DNA of 64,000 nucleotides, from assembly GCA_043228905.1 (NCBI GenBank), contig JBHGNT010000015.1:7688001-7752000 (forward strand), in the 5' to 3' direction. The position numbers and the translations under genes are program-made. The notes beneath the pieces are model-generated. The model ran no database searches. It had not been told where the DNA came from and saw only the letters and a program-made list of their open reading frames with translations. Source of the stretch: Azolla caroliniana (taxonomy: Eukaryota > Plantae > Polypodiophyta). Position 1 is the stretch's first letter. Each line of letters starts with the position of its first letter. This document shows positions 61,409-64,000 of the stretch, piece after piece.

Positions 61409-64000
61409 ATGGAACCACAAACGCTGTCGGAAGCGGCCAGGAAATGGTTCAGGCAACACGGACTAGATGGGTTCTTGACCATCATGGAGGCACCACCGCA
61501 CAAAGAAGCCGACCGGGTCATCAAGGAGCTCGACACGGAAGTCATCACCGAGGAAGCGATCCGTGCGCTAACAGGCCTTCCGGAGGGAGGTATTTTTCAG
61601 ATTGATAACCCAACCTCGGAGCAACTCATCCGATATTTCGGTGAGTACTCTGTAGCCGGCAAAGGCTATCGAACGCAGGGCGGCGAAGATCCGCTATTCA
61701 GGGAGATAGCTCGAGTGCTCCATGAGTACGGCCACGTGTACCCCCGACCCCCTGTCATGCCAAAAAATCGCGCAGGGATGATCATAGCCACCTATGAAGG
61801 GATCAAGGTGGACTGGCCGGTGTTGATTGCAGACGGTTTGTGCGCGGCAATCGACATGGTACGAGGGAAGGACGGCAAGGAGGGCCGGAAGCTGTGGCAT
61901 GCCGTAGCTCAGTGGATAACATTGCTCGTGCCGCCGGTCGAGACCGTTTAGCCAAAGAAGCGGCCAAGATTATCGGAAGGAAGCACTTCGAAACCCGCGT
62001 CCAAAAGACAGCAGCTGCTGGCGTCAAAGGCGACGAAAGGGAAGAAACGGCTCCCAGAACCGGAGGAAGTGTCACCGGTGGGACCCGTTAAGATAACCAT
62101 ACGGCGACCGGGACAGAAGGAACCAGAACCCTTGAGCGCACAGAAACATGCCGTTACCCAGGAAGAGGAAACGGAGGAGCCAGAAGAGCACCTCCAACGA
62201 CGGTCAAGAAGTAGGACCGCCGGGACAGCGGGGGAGCGTTCGTACCCGCAAGAGGAAGAAACGCCCCCAACTCAACCTGAGCAAACCACAAGGGAGGAAC
62301 CGGAACCGGTGCGTATGGAACCGGCCTTGTCGACTTCTATAGAAGAAGTCATTCCAACGGCTCCGGACACGGCGAGAACCGGAACTCAACAGCCGGCGAG
62401 CCCAGCCAGCACACACGGCGGCCAAGGAGTAGAACCAGAACGGCAGATACAGGCAGTCAGGCCAGACAATTCCACAGTGAACGAGCCAACCCGACTAGTA
62501 CAGCAACAAGGCACCAGTAGCATGTGGCTACGGTGGGTAGGCGAGCAGATCGCCGGAGCGGTCGAGTACATAGAGGCGGAGGAGAGAGTGCACCAGGAAC
62601 GGTTGCTCGTCACAACCGTAGATCTAGAGACGGCCCGGTCCAGAATCCGGAGCCTTGAACAAGACTTGGACAGGGTCACAAGGGAAATGGCTCAATTGGC
62701 TTTGACAACACAAGTCCAAGCACCGGTGACTCCGGGCAATGTACAGAATAAAGCGTCAGATCAACCTGTACATAGCAATCAGACCCCGGCAACGGAAACC
62801 GTTCCGGAGAGAAATGCGGCACAAGCCCAAGAGCTTGCGGACTTAAAGGATGAGCTAGCTGCTCAAGAAGCGCTGAGGAGCCGCGAAAGAGAGTTGAAGA
62901 TGGCAGCGGAGGCAGAACTCAAAAAGACTGCTGAGAATCTACGCCGGGCCGAGGAGAGCTTACGAAAGGGCCACCAAGCGTACGACCGGCTCAACGAGGA
63001 AAAGGAGAAAATGCTGCAAGAGAAGGACAGGCTCCGGAGGAACGCCGAAACAGAAGTAGAGCGCCTGAAAGAGGAACTCCGGTAGGTAAAGGACCGGGAG
63101 GACCGGAACCATCGACAGATCAACGGCAAGCTCAAACAAAAAACGGAGGAATTTGAGCACTTGCACCGGGAGTATAAACGGTTGCAAACGGAGCACAAGG
63201 AACGGACAGACGAGCTCCGGCAAGCAGTTGATCGGACCGCAACGGCATACGCGAAGGAACAAGCGGAAACCAGAAGACGGTTGGAAGAGGCGGAGAAGGT
63301 TCGGACAGAGCTCCTCAGGCAACAACAGGCGGAAAAAGAAAGAGCGGCGGAGGTACTGCAGAGGCTGCAGACAACATATCAAGGGCAGCTGACGCGCTAC
63401 AGAGAGCAGGCGGAGGATACGACGAATCTCATCAAGCAGTTGAAGGAGGAGCGACAAGTGGTGGAAAGTAGAGCGCAAATGGGAGCAAGTCGCATCCAGG
63501 ATATCATGCGGGCCTGGTTGAACCAGACCAAGAGCTTGATTGACAACGGTTCCGTCAAATGGTGGACCAAGTGGGCCACGAACGCGGCGGAACTCCAATT
63601 GCTCCGGGCCGACGTAGAAAACCGGCGGAAGGAGGGAGATGATTGCTATATGCTGACTTCCGAAGACTTCACCGGCATAAGAGATGAGCTGGTCGAAGAC
63701 TTTCAAGCCTTGGCAGAGGACCAACTAGGGCAAGTCCGGCAACTTGTAGCTCAGCTGGACGACGACAGGCTGGAGGCGCAGATCCAGTTTGAAAGCTACG
63801 AGAGGTCCCGGATCCGGGAACAGAAAGCACGAGAACCGGTTACGGTCAACCTCAGTGATGAGGAACCGTTACTGGAAGGAGACCGGACCGGAAGCAGTCA
63901 AACGGAGATGCCGGAGTCAGAGAAACAAACGGAGCAGCAGCAGCAAGCAGAGCAGCCGGAGCAGCCTCAGTTCCAACCGCAACCACAGCAGCAGCAGCAA
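61409..64000 (+). pseudogene. Gypsy-D accessory ORF (>860 codons, one frame, two TAG stops), unknown function
   Basis: MEPQTLSEAARKWF...; TAG at 61949 and 63083; PKKRPR NLS-like motif; long coiled-coil-like E/R/Q/K-rich region; AELQLLRAD motif shared with Gypsy-C. Confidence 0.82.

Larger units (their letters stand above)
57714..64000 (+). mobile_element. Gypsy-D: non-autonomous Gypsy (gag-PR + accessory ORF, no RT/RH/INT); runs off the window
   Basis: LTR 57714-58132 (TGTTAC...GTAACA); PBS TGGCGACCAC at 58139 (tRNA-Arg type); inserted in the Copia-D 5' LTR. Confidence 0.9.

Noticed and set aside
11458-63724. Numerous 60-260 aa antisense or alternate-frame ORFs over gag-pol regions and LTRs
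   Set aside because: Shadow ORFs of GC-rich retroelement sequence with no motifs; they recur only because the underlying repeats recur
61409-64000. Envelope glycoprotein
   Set aside because: No signal peptide or hydrophobic transmembrane stretch in the visible part; sequence is highly charged with an NLS-like motif (the extreme C-terminus of Gypsy-D is outside the window, but that of Gypsy-C is acidic)

Overview
Eukaryotic (land-plant) genomic DNA. About 0.7-8.1 kb holds one intact host gene: an 11-exon, minus-strand organellar tRNA(Ile)-lysidine synthase (TilS / RASPBERRY3-like, about 650 aa), with GT-AG junctions read by eye. From about 9.5 kb to the end is a deeply nested transposon block; many boundaries are pinned by target-site duplications (TSDs). 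It contains six Ty1/Copia elements (A-E plus one old fragment), four related tRNA-Arg-primed non-chromovirus Ty3/Gypsy elements (A-D), a 1-kb mini-Gypsy, three solo LTRs, one further LTR-like segment and a hAT MITE. Copia-E is intact, with LTRs that look identical. Most interesting: (1) a roughly 850-aa accessory ORF downstream of pol, conserved between two diverged Gypsy elements, one of which keeps gag-protease plus this ORF but has lost RT/RH/INT; (2) a sense tRNA-3'-end-like sequence next to a Gypsy 3' LTR; (3) an in-frame extension of Copia Pol between duplicated PPTs; (4) a gag-swapped recombinant Copia; (5) a fold-back deletion scar. Element letters are my own labels. All comparisons were made by eye and no database searches were run.
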